A DNA stretch of 64,000 bases from Dehalococcoidia bacterium (lineage in GTDB: Bacteria; Chloroflexota; Dehalococcoidia; UBA6926): positions 144,660-208,659 of the forward strand of contig DAOUHQ010000015.1 of the NCBI GenBank assembly GCA_034428515.1. Direction: 5' to 3'. The notes under the pieces are model-generated. The model had not been told where the DNA came from and did no database searches. It saw only the letters and a list, made by a program, of their open reading frames with translations. Positions within the stretch are counted from its first letter, which is position 1; every line of letters starts with the position of its first letter. This document shows, in pieces, positions 49,899 through 61,342 of the stretch. The position numbers were made by a program, and so were the translations under genes.

Positions 49899-51929
49899 CT
49901 AACCTAAGTCGCCCTGATCGCGGCCGGTCGCGTCCTTCCAGGCGGATTCACGCCACGGGAAGACGTTCGCCGCGGTGTCCAGCAAGGGGAAGTCCTCCCC
50001 GGGGTGGAAAACGGCGACGCCGTTGGCGGTGCCAACCCAGAGGTTGCCGTTTCGATCAAGCAGTAACTCGTTGACGCGGTTGTGCGGCAGGGGCGTTGAT
50101 TCCGCCGTGTAGACCATCCAGAGCTCATCGTTCACCAGCCCGATGACGCCGCCGTCCGTGCCCACCCATGTGCGGCCTGTCGCCGTATCTTCAGCGAAGG
50201 ACCGGACGTTGTCGTTGGGGAGGCGTCCATTGGCCCGATTCAGCTTGGTCCACTGCCGGCCGTCATAGATAGCGACTCCGTCACCGATGGTGCCGAACCA
50301 CATGCGGCCCTGACTGTCCTCACGGGAGGCAAGGACAAGGTCAGTGCGGATATCGGCGTTCTCTGTCTTGAGGCTGTTCCAGAAGCCGTTGTCCAGGATG
50401 TTGATGCCCTGCCAGTGGGTGAGCCAGACGCGGCCCATGGAATCTTCCGTGACGACGCTAATGATGTTTGTGTTGAGGCCATCACCACGGTTGTAGAGGG
50501 TCCACTCGCCGTCTTCAAGGACAGCGGCGCCGAGGCCGGTGGCGAACCACACACGATCCTGGCTGTCGTAATAGACGTTGAACAGGGAATTACTGGGGAG
50601 TTGCTGCTCTCCTTCGGCATCACCGAACCTGTCGTATTCGATCCATTCACCGTGGTTATAGACCGAGCCGCCGCTTAGGGTAGACATCCAGATGCGGCCA
50701 TGTTTGTCCTCGGCCAAGCCGCTGACGTATCGATATGCCAGTCCGCTGTTTTGCGGGATGAAGGTCTCCCAAGTGCGCCCATCAAACTTGGCGACACCCT
50801 CGGACGTGCCCACCCAGATGTTGCCCTGGCTGTCTTCCAAGAGGCCGTAGACATCATTGGCGGGGAGGCCGGTCTCAGTCGGGAAGAGCCATTCATAGGC
50901 ATCTTCCGCGGGGTCATAGATATTGACTCCACCACCATAGGTCACGATCCACAGCGTGCCGTCTTCATCAGCGTGGAGGTCTTCAATGAAGTGATGCGAG
51001 AGTTCGAGATACCGTGTGCTAAGGGGTTCCGAGAACGATGTGCCGTCAAAGCTCACGAGGCCGACTTCCGTTCCGATCCACAGGAGTTCGGCATCGCTGA
51101 CCGCGTCCTCGTCCGGCGCCAGCACGGCCAGAGCCGTCACGAAGTTGGAGGGCAAACCTTGCTGAACGGTATACGGATCCTCCCTCCATTCGCCGTCGGC
51201 GTGGAGCACGTTCATGCCGCCGCCGTACACGCCGATGTAGAGATCGCCCTGGGAATTCTCCATGAAAACGCGGACCTCGTTTGAGGCCAGCGGACTATTG
51301 TCCATTGTGTAGACGGTGCGGCCCCCATCCGCCTCGAATACCGTGATGCCGCCCTTGGATCCCACCCAGATGTCGCCTCCGGCATCCTCATAGAACGTCC
51401 AGATACGATCATCTGAAAGGCCGTCATCTGCGCGGTAGGACTTCCACTCACCATCTTCAAAGAGGCGGATACCTTCTCCCCACGTGCCGACCCATATCCG
51501 ATCCTGGCTGTCTAGCAGGAGCGCGGAGACGAACACGTCATCCAGGCCCAGGCTGCCACCCTTATCAAGGCGGGACCACTGGCCCTCTTCAAGAACAACA
51601 ATGCCCTCCTCTGTGCCGACCCAAACAGCGCCATGCGGGTGATAGATGAACGATGTGGTGCGCGCGGTGATGGCACTGTTGCCCGCGTTGTACGTGATGA
51701 GCGCTCCATCGTCATACAGGGACGCGCCATTGTCGAAGCCCGCGAACCACTTGCGTCCGTGGACATCCTCATAGACTTCCGTCAAAAACCAACTGGCGAT
51801 GCTGGTGTTCTCGACGTTGTAAACGGTCCATAGGCCGCGGCCTGAATTGGTCTGCTCACCGCCGCCCGCGGTACCAACGAGGACAAGCATCGTCAGGCAC
51901 GCCAACGAGAAACCGCGTAATGCGTTCAC
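49899..51929 (-). CDS. secreted beta-propeller protein of the two-component-regulator-propeller repeat family (no kinase module)
   Basis: Signal peptide, then more than 10 repeats of the RIWVGT / GGGVNIYD type. Confidence 0.7.
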   Translation of the reverse strand: MNALRGFSLACLTMLVLVGTAGGGEQTNSGRGLWTVYNVENTSIASWFLTEVYEDVHGRKWFAGFDNGASLYDDGALITYNAGNSAITARTTSFIYHPHGAVWVGTEEGIVVLEEGQWSRLDKGGSLGLDDVFVSALLLDSQDRIWVGTWGEGIRLFEDGEWKSYRADDGLSDDRIWTFYEDAGGDIWVGSKGGITVFEADGGRTVYTMDNSPLASNEVRVFMENSQGDLYIGVYGGGMNVLHADGEWREDPYTVQQGLPSNFVTALAVLAPDEDAVSDAELLWIGTEVGLVSFDGTSFSEPLSTRYLELSHHFIEDLHADEDGTLWIVTYGGGVNIYDPAEDAYEWLFPTETGLPANDVYGLLEDSQGNIWVGTSEGVAKFDGRTWETFIPQNSGLAYRYVSGLAEDKHGRIWMSTLSGGSVYNHGEWIEYDRFGDAEGEQQLPSNSLFNVYYDSQDRVWFATGLGAAVLEDGEWTLYNRGDGLNTNIISVVTEDSMGRVWLTHWQGINILDNGFWNSLKTENADIRTDLVLASREDSQGRMWFGTIGDGVAIYDGRQWTKLNRANGRLPNDNVRSFAEDTATGRTWVGTDGGVIGLVNDELWMVYTAESTPLPHNRVNELLLDRNGNLWVGTANGVAVFHPGEDFPLLDTAANVFPWRESAWKDATGRDQGDLG

Positions 51930-52146
51930 AGCCTTTCCCCTCTATTGCAAACGCGGACGTGTTCTACCATTAAGTCCATTAATGACACGCCCAACCACCC
52001 ACTCTGAGCACACAGTGTAGCGCGGAATGAAGCGAGTGGCGTGGAGAGCGGCAAAAATGACGGGCGCGGGAGTCGCGTGGTACGATACGGCGTGTCTGAC
52101 ACTGCCTAGGGCGGCGTGAATCAGTGGTGGGATCGACTGAGCTGCC

Positions 52147-52596
52147 TTGCGCAAAGGGGGGTTCCAATTGGCGGATGAGGTTCTGGGCGTTTCCGTTGGA
52201 ACTGTCGTGTCGTTCACGAAGGATATTTCGGCACAAGACGTAGAGAGGTTCGCGGAGGCGACAGGCGACGTTCAACCCATCCACCTGGATGACGCCTTTG
52301 CCAAGCGCACCCGCTTTGGGAATCGAATAGCGCACGGCGTGCTCACAGCGGGCGTTATCTCCGCAGCAATCGGCACGCAGTTAGTGCCGAACGCACTCGC
52401 CATATATATGGGGCAAACACTACAGTTCCGAGCTCCCGTGTGGCTTGGCGATTCAATCACCGCAACCCTTGAGGTCACAGAGCTTGACGTTGAGCGGCGT
52501 CGCGCCACCATTTCGACCACATGCACAAATCAGAAGGATGAAGTGGTCCTCACCGGCGAGGCGCTGGTGATGCTGGACACCGTACGCGACGAATAA
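52147..52596 (+). CDS. MaoC-like (R)-specific enoyl-CoA hydratase/dehydratase
   Basis: Hot-dog fold motif DVQPIHLDDAFAKRTRFGNRIAHG. Confidence 0.8.
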   Translation: MRKGGFQLADEVLGVSVGTVVSFTKDISAQDVERFAEATGDVQPIHLDDAFAKRTRFGNRIAHGVLTAGVISAAIGTQLVPNALAIYMGQTLQFRAPVWLGDSITATLEVTELDVERRRATISTTCTNQKDEVVLTGEALVMLDTVRDE

Positions 52597-52667
52597 CGTG
52601 ACACGCAGTCAGCAGTATCGACGCGACCCGGTCGTTCTATTGATATCTGTTTAGGAGGCCAATCCAG

Positions 52668-53699
52668 ATGTTCGTTCTTGACCAGGGAAACCGCATCGTC
52701 GTGCCGCGGACGGAGATGACGTACCCCGGCCACAACATGCGGATGCATGAGAATGCGTCGACCGCGCCTGTGGATCATGTGATGGCGGACCTGGAAGACG
52801 CGTGTCCCTACGAGTTCAAGGGTGAGGCCTCCCGAAACACAATCATGGAGGCGTTCAATACGCTGGATTACGGCACCAAGGTCGTCACATTCCGCCCGAA
52901 CAACATCCATTCCCGTTTCTTCCTGGGAGACGTGGAGACGATCATGCGTGGGGCGGTCGACAAGTTCCACGGGATTATCTTGCCCAAGGTGACGGGGCCG
53001 GAGGACGTCATTTACGTTTCCCGTCTGCTCGATGCTCTTGAACTTGAGGCGGGGTGGACGACGAAGGTTGCTATCGAGACGCTGATCGAAACGCCGGAGG
53101 CGATGGTCAACGTCAGCAAGATCGCAACGGCTTCGCCGCGAATGGCCGGCCTGATATTTGGCATCGCCGACTTCGCGGCAGTGATGGGCGTCGTGGACGT
53201 GGTCGAAGACCAGAACAAGAACTTCCACTACGCCAAGCAGCACATGGCAGTGGCGGCAAAGGCGGCCGAGCTGCACGCCATCGACAATGTATTCTTCACC
53301 CTCGTCCGGCGCGACACGTCGGAAGAGGATGCGGCCACGATCAATGAAGCGCTGCTCCAAAAGAACGTCGAAGCCGCGAACCTGGGCATGGACGGCACGT
53401 GGATCATCCATCCACAGCAGGCGCCCATGGCCAATATGGCCTTCACGCCGAGCGATTCACTGACGGAGTACGCCTCTCGCCTGATCGACAACTACCACGA
53501 GCGCGGCGGTGGAGCATTTGTCTTCGAGGAGACAGGCGAATTTGTGGACGAGGCGACGGCCAAAGGCTACCTCGTCCTGCTGGCAAAGGCTGCGCAAGCG
53601 GGCAAGGTGGACGCGACCTGGCTTTCGGATCATGCCGCGCGCCACGCAGAAATTACGGGCTATGACGTGCTGCGGCAGGCAGGCCGACACGTCGCCTAG
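52668..53699 (+). CDS. HpcH/HpaI aldolase / CitE-like acyl-CoA lyase (malyl-CoA or citramalyl-CoA lyase-like)
   Basis: TIM-barrel CitE-like sequence (DLEDACP...ILPKV) of about 343 aa, as in Mcl-type lyases. Confidence 0.75.
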   Translation: MFVLDQGNRIVVPRTEMTYPGHNMRMHENASTAPVDHVMADLEDACPYEFKGEASRNTIMEAFNTLDYGTKVVTFRPNNIHSRFFLGDVETIMRGAVDKFHGIILPKVTGPEDVIYVSRLLDALELEAGWTTKVAIETLIETPEAMVNVSKIATASPRMAGLIFGIADFAAVMGVVDVVEDQNKNFHYAKQHMAVAAKAAELHAIDNVFFTLVRRDTSEEDAATINEALLQKNVEAANLGMDGTWIIHPQQAPMANMAFTPSDSLTEYASRLIDNYHERGGGAFVFEETGEFVDEATAKGYLVLLAKAAQAGKVDATWLSDHAARHAEITGYDVLRQAGRHVA

Positions 53700-53722
53700 A
53701 GGAATCGCCGTCCGAGAGCGTC

Positions 53723-54883
53723 ATGCCTGACCCAATCATCGAACCGCAGGACGCAATCGCTGCAGAGGTGCGCCGATGGGTCGACCGGGAGGTAATTCCC
53801 GTCGTCGATGAGCTTGAGCACAACAACACGTTCCCTGATCAGCTCGTGCAGGGGATGCGGGAGTTGGGCCTGTTCGAGTTGATGATTCCCCAAGAGTACG
53901 GCGGAATCGGCGCGACATATGTGAGTTATTCCGGCGTGGTAGAGGAACTGGCGCGGGGGTGGATGAGCCTCGGCGGGATTCTGAATACACACGTCATCAT
54001 CACGCACCTCGTTGCCACCTATGGCACGGACGACCAGAAGCAGCGCTACCTGCCGCAGCTGTCGATGGCGGAACGGCGGGGGGCACTGACGATTACGGAG
54101 CCGAACGCGGGTTCCGACGTGCAGGCGATTCAAACCGTGGCTGTGAGGGACGGCGACGATTACGTCGTGAACGGTTCCAAGCTGTTCGTGAGCAATGGGC
54201 GGCGCGGCGGTCTGTTCGCCATGGCGGTCAAGACTGACCCGCAAGTTGATCCACGTTATCGCGGTATCTCGTGCCTGCTTGTGCAGCCCGATTATCCCGG
54301 TTTCGTTGTGACGCGGGACATCGAGAAGCTGGGCTACAAGGGTATCGAGGCATCAGAGCTATCGATGGACAATCTCCGCGTGCCTGCCGGCAACCTGCTT
54401 GGAGGCGAGGAGGGACAGGGGTTCTTCCAGATTCTGAGCGGTGTTGAGGTTGGTCGTGTGAACACAGCGGCGCGAGCGGTGGGCGTGGCGCGGGCGGCAT
54501 TTGAGGCTGCAGCGACGTATGCACAGCAGCGGCAGGCGTTTGGCAAGCCCATTGGGGAGCACCAAGCTATCCAGTTGAAGCTCGCGGATATGTACACGAA
54601 TATCACTGCGGCGCGGTTGTTGGCTCGTTGGGCGGCCGGGGTCAAGGACCAGGGCGGCCGGGCTGACACAGAAGTTGGTATGGCCAAGCTGTTCGCAACG
54701 GAGGTTGCGACAGAGACGACGCTGGAATCCATGCGGATTCACGGCGGGATAGGCTATACGAAGGAAATGCCGGTGGAGCGTTTCTTCCGGGACGCGCCAG
54801 GCATGATGATCTATGAAGGCACGAACGAGATTCAGCGGACAATTATCGCGCGGAGCGTATTGCAGCGTTACGCGGTGAACTAA
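53723..54883 (+). CDS. acyl-CoA dehydrogenase
   Basis: ACAD N-terminal, middle and C-terminal domains; catalytic E near YEGTNEIQR. Confidence 0.9.
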   Translation: MPDPIIEPQDAIAAEVRRWVDREVIPVVDELEHNNTFPDQLVQGMRELGLFELMIPQEYGGIGATYVSYSGVVEELARGWMSLGGILNTHVIITHLVATYGTDDQKQRYLPQLSMAERRGALTITEPNAGSDVQAIQTVAVRDGDDYVVNGSKLFVSNGRRGGLFAMAVKTDPQVDPRYRGISCLLVQPDYPGFVVTRDIEKLGYKGIEASELSMDNLRVPAGNLLGGEEGQGFFQILSGVEVGRVNTAARAVGVARAAFEAAATYAQQRQAFGKPIGEHQAIQLKLADMYTNITAARLLARWAAGVKDQGGRADTEVGMAKLFATEVATETTLESMRIHGGIGYTKEMPVERFFRDAPGMMIYEGTNEIQRTIIARSVLQRYAVN

Positions 54884-54897
54884 ACGGGGGAACGGGG

Positions 54898-55362
54898 ATG
54901 CAATTCGGACGATATCTGGAGGAATTTGAAGAGGGCGCTTTGTACAAGCACTGGCCCGGCAGGACGATCACTCAGGCGGACGATATCGCGTTCTGCATGT
55001 TGACGATGAACCACCATCCTCTTCACATCGACGAGGAGTTCGGCAGGAACAGCCAGTTCGGTCAGAACGTGGTCGTGGGCAACCTGGTTGTCGATATCGC
55101 GTTTGGGCTGAGCGTGTCTGACGTATCGGGACGCGCGATTGCAAATCTTGGTCTGGATGAGATCCGGTTCCACAAGCCGACGTTCCATGGGGATACCATT
55201 TATGCAGAGACCGAGGTGCTCTCGGTACGACCAAGCGACACGCGGCCGGACCGCGGCGTGGTGACGGTTGAGACCCGGGCGACGAATCAACGCGAAGAGA
55301 CGGTGATGACGTTCAAGCGGAGCGTACTTATTCCGCGAAAGCCGGAGGACAGTGAGGGTTAA
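54898..55362 (+). CDS. MaoC-like hydratase (hot-dog fold)
   Basis: QADDIAFCMLTMNHHPLHIDEEF. Confidence 0.8.
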   Translation: MQFGRYLEEFEEGALYKHWPGRTITQADDIAFCMLTMNHHPLHIDEEFGRNSQFGQNVVVGNLVVDIAFGLSVSDVSGRAIANLGLDEIRFHKPTFHGDTIYAETEVLSVRPSDTRPDRGVVTVETRATNQREETVMTFKRSVLIPRKPEDSEG

Positions 55363-55367
55363 ACATT

Positions 55368-57032
55368 ATGGCAACCCGCTCTGAAGAAGACATCCGCGCG
55401 GCACAGGCAGCGTGGGAGGAGAAAACGGCCGGCGCGCGCGAGCGCAAGGAGTCGTTTGGCACGGACTCCATCGAGGGCATAGGCCGGGCGTATTCTCCCG
55501 AGAGTGTCCCTGATCTGGACTTTCTCAATGACGTGGGATTCCCCGGCGAGTACCCGTTTACCCGGGGCGTGCAGCCGACCATGTACCGGGGACGGCTGTG
55601 GTCCATGCGGCAATACGCGGGATTCGGGACGCCCGCAGAGTCCAATGAGCGGTTCCGCTACCTGTTGGAGCAGGGTCAGACAGGGTTGTCCGTCGCATTC
55701 GATCTGCCGACGCAGTTGGGCTACGACTCCGATGATCCGCACTCGCTTGGCGAGGTGGGCAAGGTGGGCGTGGCCATCGACTCGCTGCGAGATATGGAGT
55801 TGATGTTCCAGGACATTCCACTGGACAAGGTCAGCACGTCGATGACCATCAACGCGCCGGCTGCGTTGTTGGTGGCCATGTACGTTGCGGTGGGCGAGAA
55901 GCAGGGGCATGAGCCGGCCGCACTCACAGGCACGGCGCAGAACGACGTGCTGAAGGAGTACATCGCACGCGGCACATATATCTATCCGCCGGGGCCCTCG
56001 CTGCGACTTGCGGCTGACCTGGTGGGCTACTGCGCCCGCGAGATGCCACGATTCAACAGCATCTCCATCAGCGGCTACCACATGCGTGACGCGGGCAGCA
56101 CGGCGGCGCAGGAGATTGCGTTCACGTTTGCCAACGCCATCGCGTATGGGGAGGCGTTTGTTGAACGTGGCGTGGATGCGGACTCATGGGGTCCGCGCGT
56201 TTCATGGATTTTCAACACGCACAACAACTTCCTTGAGGAGGTTGCCAAGTACCGGGCGCTTCGCCGCATGTGGGCGAAGATCATGAAGGAGCGGTTTGGG
56301 GCTCAGGACCCCCGCTCGTGGATGCTCCGGACTCATACTCAGACCGGTGGCTCCACGCTGACGGCGCAGCAGCCGCAGAACAACATCGTCCGCGCGGCGT
56401 ATCAGGCCATGGCGGCGGTGCTGGGCGGGGTGCAGAGCCTTGCGCTTTCCTGCTACGACGAGGCGCTGGGCATCCCGACGGATGAGGCGCAGCGCGTCGC
56501 GCTGCGAACGCAGCAGATTCTCGCGCATGAGACAGGCATCGCTGACACGGTTGATCCGCTGGCAGGGTCGTATTTCGTCGAGTGGATGACGAACAACCTT
56601 GAAGAGAAGGCGTGGCAGTATATGCGGCAGATTGAGGACCTGGGCGGGGCGGTGACGGCTATTGAGAACGGCGTCATCCAGAAGGAGATCGCGCAGGCGT
56701 CGTATGACATGGCCCAGTCCATCGAGAACGGCGATCAGCTTGTGGTCGGCGTCAACTCGTTCACGGACGGCAATGAGGACACATCTCTGCAGGTGTTCCG
56801 CGTCGACAACCGCGTGGTCGCGGAGCAGCATCAATCGCTGGAGCGCGCGAAGGCGGAACGGAGCGCGGAGGATGTCACGAATACCCTTGAGGCACTGCGA
56901 GCCGCCGCGCGTGGAGACGGCGACCTCATGGGGCCTATTTTGGGCGCGGTGCGCGCCTATGCGACGACGGGCGAGATCTGCAGCGCCCTGAGAGATGTGT
57001 TTGGGGAATACACGCCGCCGGTCGAGGTGTAA
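55368..57032 (+). CDS. methylmalonyl-CoA mutase family, large (substrate-binding TIM-barrel) subunit without a B12-binding domain
   Basis: FPGEYPFTRGVQPTMYRGRLWSMRQYAGFG is an MCM-family signature; 554 aa; no DxHxxG B12 motif. Confidence 0.85.
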   Translation: MATRSEEDIRAAQAAWEEKTAGARERKESFGTDSIEGIGRAYSPESVPDLDFLNDVGFPGEYPFTRGVQPTMYRGRLWSMRQYAGFGTPAESNERFRYLLEQGQTGLSVAFDLPTQLGYDSDDPHSLGEVGKVGVAIDSLRDMELMFQDIPLDKVSTSMTINAPAALLVAMYVAVGEKQGHEPAALTGTAQNDVLKEYIARGTYIYPPGPSLRLAADLVGYCAREMPRFNSISISGYHMRDAGSTAAQEIAFTFANAIAYGEAFVERGVDADSWGPRVSWIFNTHNNFLEEVAKYRALRRMWAKIMKERFGAQDPRSWMLRTHTQTGGSTLTAQQPQNNIVRAAYQAMAAVLGGVQSLALSCYDEALGIPTDEAQRVALRTQQILAHETGIADTVDPLAGSYFVEWMTNNLEEKAWQYMRQIEDLGGAVTAIENGVIQKEIAQASYDMAQSIENGDQLVVGVNSFTDGNEDTSLQVFRVDNRVVAEQHQSLERAKAERSAEDVTNTLEALRAAARGDGDLMGPILGAVRAYATTGEICSALRDVFGEYTPPVEV

Positions 57033-57114
57033 CGGCCAAGTAAGAATCTGAAAATACCGCCCGCTTTAAGGGCATGAATCGAAAAGGTGAAGAAGGAAGA
57101 GGGGGGTAAGGACC

Positions 57115-57864
57115 ATGGCAGGACTGTTGGACGGCAAGGTGGCGCTCGTAACGGGTGGCTCTCGCGGCATTGGCCGCGCGACGGCAATCGAGCTGGCGTC
57201 GAGTGGCGCATCGGTGGCCGTGAACTACAACGCGAACCAAGAGGCCGCGAATGAGGTCGTCAGCGCGATTACATCCGCCGGTGGCAAGGCAGGAGCCTAC
57301 CAATTCAATATCGCCGACCGCGCGGCGGTTGATTCCCAGATTGATCAGATCGTGTCCGACCTCGGACCGGTCACCGTCCTGGTGAACAACGCGGGCGCGA
57401 CTGCGGACCGCACGCTCAGGAACATGTCAGACGAGCAGTGGGACACTGTCATCGAGGTCAATCTGACCGGAACGTTTAACGTGACCAAGAAGGTCTGGAA
57501 CATCATGGGCGAGGCCGGCGGCGGCCATATCGTCAACATCAGTTCGATCGTTGGCGAGGCCGGACGGCTTGGCCTGATCAACTACTCGACGGCCAAGGCG
57601 GGGCTTTTGGGCTTCACCAAGACGGCTGCGAAAGAAGGCGCGCGCACAAACATCCAGGTGAATGCCATCGCGCCCGGATTCATTGACACGGACATGATCT
57701 CCGGCCTGACGCCGGAAATGAAGGAAAACCTCAAGAAGGAAGCCACGCTTGGCCGACTCGGAGAGGTTGAAGAGATCGCCAGGGTCGTTCGTTTCATTGT
57801 CAGTGAGGCGACATACATGACCGGCGCGACAATTGACGTGAACGGCGGGATGTACTACCGCTAA
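57115..57864 (+). CDS. fabG: 3-oxoacyl-ACP / acetoacetyl-CoA reductase (SDR)
   Basis: TGGSRGIGRA, NISSIVG...YSTAKAGL. Confidence 0.85.
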   Translation: MAGLLDGKVALVTGGSRGIGRATAIELASSGASVAVNYNANQEAANEVVSAITSAGGKAGAYQFNIADRAAVDSQIDQIVSDLGPVTVLVNNAGATADRTLRNMSDEQWDTVIEVNLTGTFNVTKKVWNIMGEAGGGHIVNISSIVGEAGRLGLINYSTAKAGLLGFTKTAAKEGARTNIQVNAIAPGFIDTDMISGLTPEMKENLKKEATLGRLGEVEEIARVVRFIVSEATYMTGATIDVNGGMYYR

Positions 57865-57906
57865 AACACGATCGGCGACCAGGGAAAACCCAGGGGGATT
57901 GGAATC

Positions 57907-59094
57907 ATGAGCGATGCAGTGATCGTGAGCGCCGTGCGAACGGCGGTAGGGACGATGGGCGGCGGACTTTCAGGCGTTGCAGCGCCAAGGCTTGGCGCCA
58001 TCACCATCCAGGAGGCCATTGGGCGTTCCGGGATTCCGGATGACATCCAGCCGGATGAAGTGCTGATGGGGAACGTGATCCAGGCGGGGCTGGGCCAGAA
58101 CCCGGCGCGCCAGTCTGCCATCCAGGGCGGGCTGCCGGTGAGCGTGCCCTCCACCACCATCAACAAGGTGTGCGGATCCGGCCTCAAAACCGTGATCCTG
58201 GCCTCACAGGCCATTCGCGCCGGCGACTCGCAGTACATCGTCGCGGGCGGCATGGAGAACATGAGCGCCGGGCCGTACCTAGTGCAGAATGGCCGCTACG
58301 GTTATCGGCTGGGCCACGCTGAGTTGATTGACTCAACGGTCCACGACGGCCTGTGGTGCGCGATGGAAGACTGCCACATGGGCATCACCGCGGAGAACGT
58401 GGCGGCCGAGTATGGCGTCACCCGCGACGATCAGGATGCCTTTTCCGCGGAATCGCAGCGACGCGCCGGTGAGGCGATGAATAGCGGCCGTTTCGCGGAT
58501 GAGATTGTTAACGTTGAGATTCCACAGCGGCGCGGCGATCCGGTCGTCGTGAATACGGACGAACACCCACGACCGGACTCCACTGCAGAGGGGCTGGCCC
58601 GACTGCGCCCCGCGTTCACCCAGGACAACGGCACGGTGACGGCAGGCAACGCTTCCGGCATCAACGACGGTGCGGCGACGACCATCGTCGTCTCTGAGGA
58701 GTTCGCCAACGAGCATGGCCTGAAGCCACTGGCGCGCGTGCGCGGCTATGCCGCTGCGGGCGTGGATCCCCGCATCATGGGCATCGGTCCCATCACTGCG
58801 ATGCAGAAGGCTGTACGGCACGCGGGACTGTCGATCTCGGACATCGACCTGATCGAGTTGAACGAGGCGTTCGCCGCGCAGTCCGTTGCGGTCACTCGCG
58901 AGCTTGAGCTCGACCCGGAGATTGTTAACGTCAATGGCGGCGCAATTGCGATCGGCCATCCCATTGGGGCATCAGGGACGCGCATTCTCGTCACGCTACT
59001 CCATGAGATGCAGAAGCGAGAGACGCAGTTCGGGATGGCGTCGCTGTGCATCGGCGGCGGACAGGGCATCGCGCTTGTGGTCGAGGCGGCGTAA
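57907..59094 (+). CDS. acetyl-CoA C-acetyltransferase (thiolase II)
   Basis: Active-site NKVCGSGL; GHPIGASG; CIGGGQG. Confidence 0.9.
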   Translation: MSDAVIVSAVRTAVGTMGGGLSGVAAPRLGAITIQEAIGRSGIPDDIQPDEVLMGNVIQAGLGQNPARQSAIQGGLPVSVPSTTINKVCGSGLKTVILASQAIRAGDSQYIVAGGMENMSAGPYLVQNGRYGYRLGHAELIDSTVHDGLWCAMEDCHMGITAENVAAEYGVTRDDQDAFSAESQRRAGEAMNSGRFADEIVNVEIPQRRGDPVVVNTDEHPRPDSTAEGLARLRPAFTQDNGTVTAGNASGINDGAATTIVVSEEFANEHGLKPLARVRGYAAAGVDPRIMGIGPITAMQKAVRHAGLSISDIDLIELNEAFAAQSVAVTRELELDPEIVNVNGGAIAIGHPIGASGTRILVTLLHEMQKRETQFGMASLCIGGGQGIALVVEAA

Positions 59095-59146
59095 GTACAA
59101 CACCAATTAGCAGTCCGCATATTCGAGTGCGAATCAAACGGGGGGC

Positions 59147-59170
59147 GGTGGGCTGCATCCCACCGTCTTC
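59147..59170 (+). terminator. candidate intrinsic terminator after the thiolase gene (GGTGGG-ctgcat-CCCACC then GTCTTC)
   Basis: Hairpin followed by a short U-rich stretch. Confidence 0.35.
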
Positions 59171-59175
59171 GGGAC

Positions 59176-59205
59176 TTGCGCGAGGGTTGAAGACATGCGT
59201 ATACT
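59176..59205 (+). promoter_or_regulatory. sigma-A type promoter for groES-groEL (TTGCGC-18-TATACT)
   Basis: -35/-10-like hexamers immediately upstream of the CIRCE element. Confidence 0.45.
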
Positions 59206-59212
59206 GCGCGTG

Positions 59213-59239
59213 TTAGCACTCTCGGCGCGAGAGTGCTAA
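59213..59239 (+). promoter_or_regulatory. CIRCE operator (HrcA binding site): TTAGCACTC-N9-GAGTGCTAA
   Basis: Perfect match to the CIRCE inverted-repeat consensus 41 nt upstream of groES. Confidence 0.9.
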
Positions 59240-59279
59240 TTCTGCGAAAAAGACGGTTACAGGAGGGATAGAGAGAGGT

Positions 59280-59573
59280 ATGGCGCGCACATTTCAGCCG
59301 CTAGGGGATCGGATTGTGATCAAGCCGGTTGAGCAGGAAGAGGTCTCCAAGGGAGGCCTGGTTCTGCCGGATACGGCACGGGAGCGCCCTCAGGAGGGCG
59401 AGGTCATCGCCGCAGGCCCGGGACGTCTCACGGACGAGGGCAACCGGATACCGATGGAACTTGTCGTCGGCGACAAGGTTCTCTACGCGAAGTACGCGGG
59501 AACCGAGTTGAAGGAAGATGACGAGGACTATCTGGTGCTCCGGGAGACCGACATCCTGGCAAAGATCGGCTAG
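59280..59573 (+). CDS. groES: co-chaperonin GroES
   Basis: PLGDRIVIKPVEQEEVSKGGLVLPD. Confidence 0.95.
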   Translation: MARTFQPLGDRIVIKPVEQEEVSKGGLVLPDTARERPQEGEVIAAGPGRLTDEGNRIPMELVVGDKVLYAKYAGTELKEDDEDYLVLRETDILAKIG

Positions 59574-61217
<1,644 letters not shown>

Positions 61218-61244
61218 GCCGACTCAACTGATTCGGGACCTCGA

Positions 61245-61286
61245 GTACCCCGCTCACCGGCTGGTGAGCGGGGTACTTCTTTTTTG
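61245..61286 (+). terminator. rho-independent terminator after groEL (14-bp stem GTACCCCGCTCACC/GGTGAGCGGGGTAC, loop GGCT, then T-run)
   Basis: Perfect hairpin followed by TTCTTTTTTGG. Confidence 0.85.
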
Positions 61287-61342
61287 GTGGCGATTGGTTG
61301 TTTGGCTGAACCGCTTGTACCATCACTCAGGGGGGTGAACTC

